A DNA stretch of 32,000 bases from an uncultured Rhodocyclaceae bacterium. GTDB lineage: Bacteria; Pseudomonadota; Gammaproteobacteria; Burkholderiales; Rhodocyclaceae. Of the stretch, positions 25,484 through 32,000 are shown piece by piece. The position numbers and the translations under genes are program-made. The notes below the pieces were generated by a model that was not told where the DNA came from, did not search any database, and was given only the letters and a program-made list of their open reading frames with translations. The stretch spans positions 2,754,060 to 2,786,059 of the forward strand of contig OU015322.1 of NCBI GenBank assembly GCA_907163225.1. The letters are read 5' to 3'. Numbering within the stretch: the stretch's first letter is position 1; every line of letters starts with the position of its first letter.

Positions 25484-25640
25484 CGAAGCCCGGGCTATCA
25501 GCCTGCTCGATGGCCAATCATGTTGAGAAGTGACGACAAAGAGACAACGGCGTAGTTAGAAGATGGTGGGATGTAGTGCTGATTTCTTGTACAACTTGTT
25601 GTATTGTTGGATGAAGTGTTGCGATGTCGGATGTTTGGAC

Positions 25641-25688
25641 GGATTCATAACCCACAGGTCGGCAGTTCAATTCTGCCCATCACCACCA
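25641..25688 (+). repeat. attR core (copy of the tRNA 3' 48 nt)
   Basis: Identical to 13606-13653. Sequence to the left is island, and sequence to the right is chromosomal. Confidence 0.85.
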
Positions 25689-25701
25689 CCGATGCTAAAG
25701 G

Positions 25702-25725
25702 GCCCTGATTCTTCAGGGCTCTTTT
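25702..25725 (+). terminator. probable original terminator of the tRNA gene, now displaced by the island
   Basis: GCCCTGA-ttct-TCAGGGC followed by TCTTTTC, 14 nt after the attR copy of the tRNA 3' end. Confidence 0.55.
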
Positions 25726-25995
25726 CATTTGGGCGTCCTCCCGTGTCTCCGATTGGGACATTCAACGGGACAAACACGGCACCACGCCCAGACCATCCAG
25801 CCCTCTAACCCCCTACATGCAATTCGGGGTTTCGCTTCTTTTTTCGCTCGGCCCCACCCCTCCGTTATAAGACCGCGCAGGGGGTCTGGTCGTGGTCATT
25901 TCGATCTTCTCAGAGGATAATTGTTTAGTCGAATAACATACTTCAGGGAAAATAGATGAGCTATACCGACTACACCGGTTACTGGACGGGGACGA

Positions 25996-26760
25996 TTGAA
26001 GGCACCAATCAGGGGGGGATTTGCTCTCGATATTCGCCAGATTGATGACCAAATATCAGGTGTTGGGAAGTTCAGCGAACCAAGCCTCGGCCAATATGAA
26101 TATCTTCTGCAGGGTACGGTGTCAGAAGTGCTTTCTATACGAATGGTGCCGGGCCGAAGCTCCGGGATAAATCTGGGGACGGTTCACGTTGTTGGCTCAT
26201 TGGATGCAAATGGAAAGCTAGTTGGGCGCTGGAAATCAGATATTGGAACCGAAGGCACTTTTGCTGCGAAGCGGTTCGAGACAGATACCCTGACGAAGGA
26301 GCTTCCTAAAAGCAATTCAGTATTCTTGGTGCATGGACACGATGATGGCTCTAAACATGCTGTTGCTCGTTTCTTAGAGCAAATTGGGGTAAAGCCCGTA
26401 ATCCTTCAAGAGCAAATCAATCGAGGCATGACCGTAATTGAAAAGTTTGAGGAATTCGCTGATAGGGCTGGTTTTGCAGTAGTTCTAATGACTCCTGATG
26501 ATATTGGATACCCGGTGGGCAAAGAGGAGGAGAAAAAGCACCGCCCGAGGCAGAATGTAGTCTTGGAACTCGGTTACTTCGCCGCACACCTAGGGCGCGA
26601 TAAGACATTGGTTCTGACTAAAGGCGATGTTGAGATGCCTTCTGACGTCTTCGGTTTGGTATATGAAGCAATGGACCGCACCGATGGATGGAAAATGAGG
26701 CTAGCGAAAGAACTGAAGGCTGCGGGTTTCGAAATTGATCTCAATAAGGCCCTTGGCTAA
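25996..26760 (+). CDS. TIR-like nucleotide-binding domain protein (pfam10137 / Cap12-type); the reading frame appears split at a G7 tract, so it may be a pseudogene or phase-variable
   Basis: The C-terminal ~150 aa (VFLVHGHDDGSKHAVARFLEQIGVKPVILQEQ...FAVVLMTPDD...RQNVVLELGYF...PSDVFGLVY) match my recollection of the TIR-like family. An ATG at 25956 opens MSYTDYTGYWTGTIEGTNQGG in another frame. That frame would join this ORF if the G-run at 26012-26018 were one G shorter. Confidence 0.7.
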   Translation: MKAPIRGGFALDIRQIDDQISGVGKFSEPSLGQYEYLLQGTVSEVLSIRMVPGRSSGINLGTVHVVGSLDANGKLVGRWKSDIGTEGTFAAKRFETDTLTKELPKSNSVFLVHGHDDGSKHAVARFLEQIGVKPVILQEQINRGMTVIEKFEEFADRAGFAVVLMTPDDIGYPVGKEEEKKHRPRQNVVLELGYFAAHLGRDKTLVLTKGDVEMPSDVFGLVYEAMDRTDGWKMRLAKELKAAGFEIDLNKALG

Positions 26761-26870
26761 GTAATCCTCGCTAACCTACCTGAATCAGTTGGTTCAATAG
26801 TCTGGGGCTCATGGCTGATCGGCTTGATTTTCTCTTTTGACAATTGGATGTCTCGCCCAAAAATGTCCCG

Positions 26871-27527
26871 ATGCGCCGCATAGTTTTAGTGATACTGATT
26901 GCCCTCTCCAGCCAAAGCCGGGCGGATGAGTGCGAGCAGTTGCCGCCTCCGTCGGTGGTGATCAAGCGCTTTGAAGAGGGCGTGGCCATGAACAAGCAGT
27001 ACGGCTACAAGACGCTGACGAATCTGGGGGCGAAATTGGCGCGGCCCGGGAATCAGGTGCTGGGGCTGACGCGTGGCAATGCGGTTGTCCGGTTTTCAAT
27101 GAGTGCTCAGTCGATCATTGATCGTACAGGGCGCTGGGAGTGTTTTTCGCCGCAACTGACGCTCACTTATGGTTTTTCGCCGATGACCGTTTTTGTCGCC
27201 AGCGAGTTTCCTGAGGGCTCGTGTGCCTACAAGGAAATTTACGAACACGAGCTGCGTCATGTGAAGGCGTATCAGGAGCACATGGTCGGGATTGAAAAGG
27301 CGTTGCAGGAAACGTTGAGTCGGCGTTTTTCGACGAGTGGCCCGTGGCGCGGCCCGGTGGGGCAGAGGCGAGCCCAGTTGCAGCAGGAACTGGATGAGCG
27401 TTGGGCGCGCTATGTCGAGCGGGAAATTGCTCGGGTGGATGTTGCCCAGGCGCTGATCGATACGCCCGAGGAGTACGCGCGGGTGGCGAATTCATGCAAT
27501 GGGGAGATCAAGGCGCGTATTCGTTAG
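26871..27527 (+). CDS. secreted HExxH metalloprotease-like protein (DUF922-like)
   Basis: ATG 26871 gives the signal peptide MRRIVLVILIALSSQSRA. It has the YEHELRHV motif, and conserved Cys residues precede it. The family assignment is from memory only. Confidence 0.5.
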   Translation: MRRIVLVILIALSSQSRADECEQLPPPSVVIKRFEEGVAMNKQYGYKTLTNLGAKLARPGNQVLGLTRGNAVVRFSMSAQSIIDRTGRWECFSPQLTLTYGFSPMTVFVASEFPEGSCAYKEIYEHELRHVKAYQEHMVGIEKALQETLSRRFSTSGPWRGPVGQRRAQLQQELDERWARYVEREIARVDVAQALIDTPEEYARVANSCNGEIKARIR

Positions 27528-27550
27528 CGGGGGGGATTCGCCGCCATCAA

Positions 27551-27589
27551 TGACAAAGGCCCGTCTGAAAATGGCGGGCCTTTGTCATT
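27551..27589. terminator. 14-bp-stem hairpin between convergent genes (no clear U-tract)
   Basis: ATGACAAAGGCCCG-(11-nt loop)-CGGGCCTTTGTCAT, located between the DUF922-like stop and the ahpF stop. Confidence 0.4.
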
Positions 27590-27606
27590 CAATGTCCGGG
27601 CCTGAA

Positions 27607-29187
27607 TCAGGCGGGGGCGGAGGTGCGGATCAGGTGGTCGAAGGCGCTGAGCGAGGCCGTGGCGCCAGCGCCCATGGCGATGACGATTTGTTTGTAGGGC
27701 ACATTCGTACAGTCGCCGGCCGCGAATACGCCCGGCACGTTGGTCTGGCCCTTGGCGTCGATTTCGATTTCACCCCGATTTGTCAGGTTGACCGTGGGGC
27801 TGAGAGTTGCCTCCGTGGTTGTGGATTTCAGCCAGTCCGTGTTCGGCAGCAGGCCGATTTGCACGAAGATGCCTTCGAGGTCGATGCGCTTTGCTTCGTC
27901 GGTGTTGCGATCCTTGTAGACTAGGCCGTTGACCTTCTCGCCATTGCCGGTGACTTCAGTGGATAGCGCTTTGACGATGACCGTGACGTTGGGCAGGCTG
28001 AACAGCTTGCGTTGCAACACTGCATCGGCGCGCAACTGGCCGTCGAACTCGAGCAGTGTGACATGGCCGACGATGCCGGCGAGGTCGATGGCGGCTTCGA
28101 CGCCGGAGTTGCCGCCACCGATCACCGCGACGCGTTTGCCCTTGAACAGCGGGCCGTCGCAGTGCGGGCAGTAGGCGACGCCCTTGCCGCGATATTCCTG
28201 TTCGCCGGGTACGTTCATTTCGCGCCAGCGGGCGCCGGTGGCGAGGATGACGGATTTGCTCTTCACCGAGGCGCCGTTTTCGAGCTTGATCTCGATGAGG
28301 TCGCCGGGGGTCAGTTGCGTGGCGCGCTGCAGGTTCATCACGTCGACGTCGTAGTCCTTGACGTGTTCTTCGAGGCCCATGACTAGCTTGGGGCCGTCGG
28401 TGGCCTTGACCGAGATGAAGTTCTCGATGGCCAGCGTATCCATGACCTGGCCGCCGAAACGCTCGGCCAGCAGGCCGGTGCGGATGCCCTTGCGGGCGGC
28501 GTAGATGGCCGCTGCAGCGCCGGCCGGGCCGCCGCCGACGATGAGGACGTCGTAGGCTTCCTTGGCGTTGATCTTTTCGGCATCGCGGGCGGCGGCGCCG
28601 GTGTCGAGCTTGGCGATGATTTCCTCGATGCTCATCCGGCCTGCGCCGAATTCGGTCTCGCCCTGGAAGACGGTCGGTACTGCCATGATCTTGCGGCGCT
28701 CGACTTCGCCCTGGAACATGCCGCCGTCGATCATCGTGCTGGTAATGCCGGGGTTGAGCACGGCCATCAAGTTGAGCGCCTGCACGACGTCCGGGCAGTT
28801 GTGGCAGGACAACGAGATGTAGGTCTCAAAATTGAATTTGCCGGGCAGGGCCTTGATCGCCTCGATCACCGACGCATCGACCTTGGGCGGATGGCCGCCG
28901 GTCTGCAACAAGGCGAGGACGAGCGAGGTGAATTCGTGGCCCATCGGGATGCCGGCGAAAGTAATGCGCGGCGTCTCGCCGGGCTGGCCGATGGCGAAGG
29001 AGGGGCGTAAGGCGGCGCTGCCGTCTTCGCGCAGGCTGACCTTGGGCGAGAGTTCGGCGATGTCCGTCAGCAGGCCGCGCATTTCCTGGGCCTTGGCGCT
29101 ATCGTCGAGCGAGGCGACGAGTTCGATCGGGCGTTGCAGTTTTTCGAGGTAGGCCTTCAATTGGGCCTTGATGTTGGTATCGAGCAT
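27607..29187 (-). CDS. ahpF: alkyl hydroperoxide reductase subunit F
   Basis: I start it at ATG 29187. [35 protein letters not shown] is nearly identical in pattern to the E. coli AhpF N-terminus. It has CHNCPD and CPHCDG redox motifs and FAD/NAD GxGxxG motifs. Confidence 0.92.
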   Translation of the reverse strand: MLDTNIKAQLKAYLEKLQRPIELVASLDDSAKAQEMRGLLTDIAELSPKVSLREDGSAALRPSFAIGQPGETPRITFAGIPMGHEFTSLVLALLQTGGHPPKVDASVIEAIKALPGKFNFETYISLSCHNCPDVVQALNLMAVLNPGITSTMIDGGMFQGEVERRKIMAVPTVFQGETEFGAGRMSIEEIIAKLDTGAAARDAEKINAKEAYDVLIVGGGPAGAAAAIYAARKGIRTGLLAERFGGQVMDTLAIENFISVKATDGPKLVMGLEEHVKDYDVDVMNLQRATQLTPGDLIEIKLENGASVKSKSVILATGARWREMNVPGEQEYRGKGVAYCPHCDGPLFKGKRVAVIGGGNSGVEAAIDLAGIVGHVTLLEFDGQLRADAVLQRKLFSLPNVTVIVKALSTEVTGNGEKVNGLVYKDRNTDEAKRIDLEGIFVQIGLLPNTDWLKSTTTEATLSPTVNLTNRGEIEIDAKGQTNVPGVFAAGDCTNVPYKQIVIAMGAGATASLSAFDHLIRTSAPA

Positions 29188-29271
29188 GGCTGTTCTCTCT
29201 GAGCTGAATTGCACTGGTTTTTTGCGATGGCTACGGTCAACCGGAAAAACCGCTGAAATCCAGGTTTTGAA

Positions 29272-29297
29272 AACCGCTCCCCGGTCGGGGAGCGGTT
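29272..29297 (-). terminator. ahpC-ahpF intergenic hairpin (attenuator/terminator)
   Basis: AACCGCTCCCC-ggtc-GGGGAGCGGTT. On the minus strand a short T-run follows it. Confidence 0.45.
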
Positions 29298-29310
29298 GGT
29301 AGCGGAATCT

Positions 29311-29874
29311 TTAGATCTTGCCGACCAGGTCGAGCGACGGAGCCAGCGTGGCATCGCCTTCGTGCCACTTGGCCGGGCAAACTTCGTTCGGGTGGGAGGC
29401 GGTGTATTGAGCAGCCTTCAGCTTGCGCAGGGTTTCGGAAACATCGCGGGCGATTTCGTTGGAATGGATTTCAACAGTCTTGATGACGCCGTCCGGGTTG
29501 ATGACGAAGGTGCCGCGCAGGGCCAGGCCTTCTTCGTCGATATGCACGTCGAAGGCACGGGTCAGGGCGTGCGTCGGGTCGCCGACCAGCGGGAACCGGG
29601 CTTTGCCAACGGCCGGGGAGGTTTCGTGCCAAACCTTGTGCGAGAAGTGGGTGTCGGTGGTAACGATGTAAACCTCGGTGCCAGCTTTCTGGAAGTCAGC
29701 GTAGTTGTTGGCAGCGTCTTCGATTTCGGTCGGGCAATTGAAGGTGAAGGCAGCTGGCATGAAAATCACGACCGACCACTTGCCCTTCAGGCTGGCTTCG
29801 GTCACTTCGATGAACTTGCCATTGTGGAAAGCCTGGGCCTTGAACGGTTGCACTTGGGTGTTGATGAGCGACAT
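29311..29874 (-). CDS. ahpC: alkyl hydroperoxide reductase subunit C (2-Cys peroxiredoxin)
   Basis: I start it at ATG 29874, after AGGAGAAAACA. MSLINTQVQPFKAQAF..., FTFNCPTE (peroxidatic Cys) and EVCPAKW (resolving Cys) are present. Confidence 0.95.
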   Translation of the reverse strand: MSLINTQVQPFKAQAFHNGKFIEVTEASLKGKWSVVIFMPAAFTFNCPTEIEDAANNYADFQKAGTEVYIVTTDTHFSHKVWHETSPAVGKARFPLVGDPTHALTRAFDVHIDEEGLALRGTFVINPDGVIKTVEIHSNEIARDVSETLRKLKAAQYTASHPNEVCPAKWHEGDATLAPSLDLVGKI

Positions 29875-29964
29875 TGTTTTCTCCTGGGTGGGTGTTGAAA
29901 ATTGAACACAACGCCATGTTAGACATGCTCGATTGATCAAGCTAATTGATTGATCAAATAGTGT

Positions 29965-29983
29965 GAATAGGCACTGGCTATTC
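29965..29983. promoter_or_regulatory. OxyR-like half-site pair upstream of ahpC
   Basis: GAATAG-gcactgg-CTATTC fits ATAG-N7-CTAT, and another ATAG lies 9 nt upstream. It sits in the ahpC/nap divergent region. Confidence 0.3.
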
Positions 29984-30163
29984 CGTGGCAGAAATTGTGG
30001 AGGCTGCCCTTCTAGATAAAAAGAACTAGTCTGTTATTGCCATTGGGACTAGGCTACGCCATACGGCAGTATGTAGTTGATACAAATCAAGTGCATGACT
30101 CTCAGGATCGGGATCATTGCCCTCCGTGGTGGCATGGGCTACCGAATTGAGGAGATTGGCCGG

Positions 30164-30424
30164 ATGAATATTTCCAGTGCCATTTTGTACATTGCACCAG
30201 AGCGCCTCGACGAGGCGTGTGAAGCCCTTCTTCAAATGGGCGGTGTTGAGATTCATGCCCGGAGTCCGGAGGGGAAGGTTGTCGTTACTTTGGAGGACGA
30301 CAACACGAACTCGGCTGCGGACAAATATGTAGCCCTGCATGGTGCTCCCGGCGTCGCATCGGTGGCCATGGTCTATCAATATAGCGACGACGAATCAGTA
30401 GATACCGAGGAGGTAGAGGCGTGA
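30164..30424 (+). CDS. napD: NapD, NapA signal-peptide chaperone
   Basis: ATG 30164 follows [50 protein letters not shown] is NapD-like. It lies immediately upstream of napA and is coupled to it (GTGA). Confidence 0.8.
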   Translation: MNISSAILYIAPERLDEACEALLQMGGVEIHARSPEGKVVVTLEDDNTNSAADKYVALHGAPGVASVAMVYQYSDDESVDTEEVEA

Positions 30425-32000
30425 AGCTCAATCGACGAGATTTCATCAAAGCCAATGCAGCAGCGGCGGCGATTTCAGCAGCAGGTTTGACTGCGCCGGC
30501 TACGGCCGTGGCGCAAGGCAAGGACGATATTCGCTGGGACAAAGCAGCCTGCCGTTTCTGCGGCACCGGTTGCGGTGTGCTGGTGGGAACCCAGGAAGGT
30601 CGCGTCGTCGCCACTCAGGGCGACCCTGATGCACCGGTCAATCGCGGCCTGAACTGCATCAAGGGATACTTCCTGTCCAAGATCATGTACGGTTCTGATC
30701 GTCTGAAGACGCCGCTCCTGCGCATGAAGGACGGCAAGTACGACAAGAACGGCGAATTTACCCCGATCTCCTGGACCAAAGCCTTCGACATCATGGAAGA
30801 AAAGGCCAAGGCCACCATGAAGGCAAAAGGGCCGAATGGTCTGGCCATGTTTGGCTCAGGCCAATGGACGGTCTGGGAGGGGTATGCCGCATCCAAGCTG
30901 ATGAAGGCCGGCTTCCGCACCAATAACCTCGACCCCAATGCCCGCCACTGCATGGCATCGGCCGTGGCTGGCTTCATGCGCACCTTCGGCATCGACGAGC
31001 CGATGGGCTGCTACGACGACATCGAGCATGCCGATGCCTTCGTGCTGTGGGGCTCTAACATGGCCGAGATGCACCCGATTTTGTGGACGCGCATCACCGA
31101 CCGCAAGCTGTCGAACAAGGGCGTCAAGGTCGCCGTGCTCTCCACTTTCGAGCACCGCTCCTACGAGCTGGCCGACATCCCGATGATCTTCACGCCGCAG
31201 ACGGATTTGGCGATTCTCAACTACATCGCCAACTACATCATCCAGACCGGCAAGGTGAATCAGGCTTTCGTCGACAAGAACATCAATTTCAAGAAGAGCG
31301 CCACCGACATCGGCTACGGCCTGCGTCCGACGCACGCGCTGGAAAAGGATGCGACGAGCAACGGTTATCCTGGTGCTGACGGCAAGCCGAAGGGCGACAC
31401 CGGCAAGTCCGAGGCGATCACCTTTGACGAGTTCAAGAAGTTCGTCTCCGAATACACCGCCGAGAAGGTTTCCAAGCTGTCTGGCGTGGCCGAGAAGGAT
31501 CTCAAGGCGCTGGCCGAGCTTTATGCCGACCCCAAGGTAAAGATCATTTCCTTCTGGACCATGGGCTTTAACCAGCACACCCGCGGCACCTGGGCCAACA
31601 ACCTCGTCTATAACATCCACCTGCTGACCGGCAAAATTTCCGAGCCGGGCAACAGCCCGTTCTCGCTGACCGGCCAGCCGTCCGCCTGCGGTACGGCGCG
31701 TGAAGTCGGTACCTTCTCGCATCGCCTGCCGGCCGACATGGTCGTCACCAATCCTGAGCATCGCAAGCACACCGAAGAGCTGTGGCAACTGCCGGAAGGC
31801 ACGATCCCCGACAAGGTCGGCCTGCATGCCGTGGCCATGGCCCGCGCCCTCAAGGATGGCAAGGTCAATTTCTACTGGCAGCAGTGCAACAACAACATGC
31901 AAGCCGGTCCGAACATCAACGAAGAGCTGTATCCGGGCTGGCGCAAGCCGGAGAACTTCATCGTCGTCTCTGATCCGTATCCTACGGTCTCGGCGATGGC
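30421..32000 (+). CDS. napA: periplasmic nitrate reductase catalytic subunit NapA (5' part, runs off the window)
   Basis: I translated it by hand from GTG 30421. The product is [23 protein letters not shown] (twin-arginine signal), then [12 protein letters not shown] (4Fe-4S), ...[11 protein letters not shown]..., ...MGFNQHTRG... The frame is open to nt 32000. It is not in the ORF track because no stop codon is reached. Confidence 0.92.
   Translation, partial: MKLNRRDFIKANAAAAAISAAGLTAPATAVAQGKDDIRWDKAACRFCGTGCGVLVGTQEGRVVATQGDPDAPVNRGLNCIKGYFLSKIMYGSDRLKTPLLRMKDGKYDKNGEFTPISWTKAFDIMEEKAKATMKAKGPNGLAMFGSGQWTVWEGYAASKLMKAGFRTNNLDPNARHCMASAVAGFMRTFGIDEPMGCYDDIEHADAFVLWGSNMAEMHPILWTRITDRKLSNKGVKVAVLSTFEHRSYELADIPMIFTPQTDLAILNYIANYIIQTGKVNQAFVDKNINFKKSATDIGYGLRPTHALEKDATSNGYPGADGKPKGDTGKSEAITFDEFKKFVSEYTAEKVSKLSGVAEKDLKALAELYADPKVKIISFWTMGFNQHTRGTWANNLVYNIHLLTGKISEPGNSPFSLTGQPSACGTAREVGTFSHRLPADMVVTNPEHRKHTEELWQLPEGTIPDKVGLHAVAMARALKDGKVNFYWQQCNNNMQAGPNINEELYPGWRKPENFIVVSDPYPTVSAM

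Larger units (their letters stand above)
13654..25688. mobile_element. integrated filamentous (Inovirus-type) prophage with cargo, inserted in the tRNA-Met 3' end
   Basis: It is flanked by a 48-bp direct repeat and has a tyrosine integrase next to the tRNA. G+C is lower than in the flanks. It contains the Rep_trans, coat, gIII-like, gVI-like, Zot and secretin gene order. Confidence 0.85.

Noticed and set aside
25564-25581. GGTGGGATGTAGTGCTGA resembles the tRNA 5' end (GGTGATGTAGCTCAG), suggesting a degenerate tRNA 5' half in attP
   Set aside because: The similarity is short, needs indels, and is separated from the 48-bp core by ~60 unrelated nt. It cannot fold into a tRNA. I treat the GGATG part as a possible arm-type site instead.
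27561-27570. CCCGTCTGAA in the loop/stem of the 27551-27589 hairpin resembles the Neisseria DUS GCCGTCTGAA (9 of 10)
   Set aside because: It is a single occurrence in the window with one mismatch, and the host is clearly not a Neisseria-type genome. It is most likely coincidental.
29931-29957. Possible FNR box in the ahpC/nap intergenic region
   Set aside because: TTGATCAA and TTGATTGATCAA do not satisfy the TTGAT-N4-ATCAA spacing. They are reported only as unexplained palindromes.
1-32000. Search for CRISPR arrays, IS elements/transposases and rRNA genes
   Set aside because: I saw no regularly spaced 25-40 bp repeats with unique spacers, no transposase-like ORFs with terminal inverted repeats, and no rRNA-like sequence. 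The only phased repeat array (24791-24942) has ~10-bp spacers, far too short for CRISPR.

Overview
GC-rich proteobacterial chromosome. The gene order looks betaproteobacterial, and a Rhodocyclales-like host is only my guess. Backbone genes: plsC-like fragment, gmhB, glyS, glyQ (minus strand); msrA; an SLT lytic transglycosylase; an alpha/beta hydrolase; an MBL-fold hydrolase; a low-GC PEP-CTERM protein; lnt-corC-ybeY-phoH-miaB (minus strand); tRNA-Met(CAT); then a TIR-like gene, a DUF922-like metalloprotease, ahpF-ahpC (minus strand) and napD-napA. napA runs off the window and is absent from the ORF track. Between 13654 and 25688 lies a ~12-kb lower-GC island inserted in the 3' end of the tRNA and bounded by a perfect 48-bp direct repeat. 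It is a filamentous (Inovirus-type) prophage. Its lysogeny module is a tyrosine integrase, a CI-type repressor and an Xis-like HTH protein. Its Ff-like gene order is Rep_trans initiator, gV-like, small ORFs, coat, terminator, 28-aa hydrophobic ORF, gIII-like, gVI-like, Zot/gI and gIV secretin. A cargo region follows with an orphan DUF2384 antitoxin-domain gene, an AT-rich promoter-driven operon of unknown genes, parDE, an iteron-like array and a VapD-like gene. The observations most worth follow-up are listed here. (1) An 18-20 bp perfect palindrome is present three times, once at the 5' edge of rep and twice just after gIV. (2) Composite repeats bracket a 1.3-kb AT-rich cargo module. (3) Seven phased direct repeats lie between parD and the vapD-like gene. 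(4) A stand-alone TIR-like (Cap12-type) gene just outside attR is split by a G7 tract. (5) A CGGTCAACCGGAAAA-type word occurs 6 times in the backbone and not at all in the island. All functional calls come from reading motifs by eye; no database search was run.
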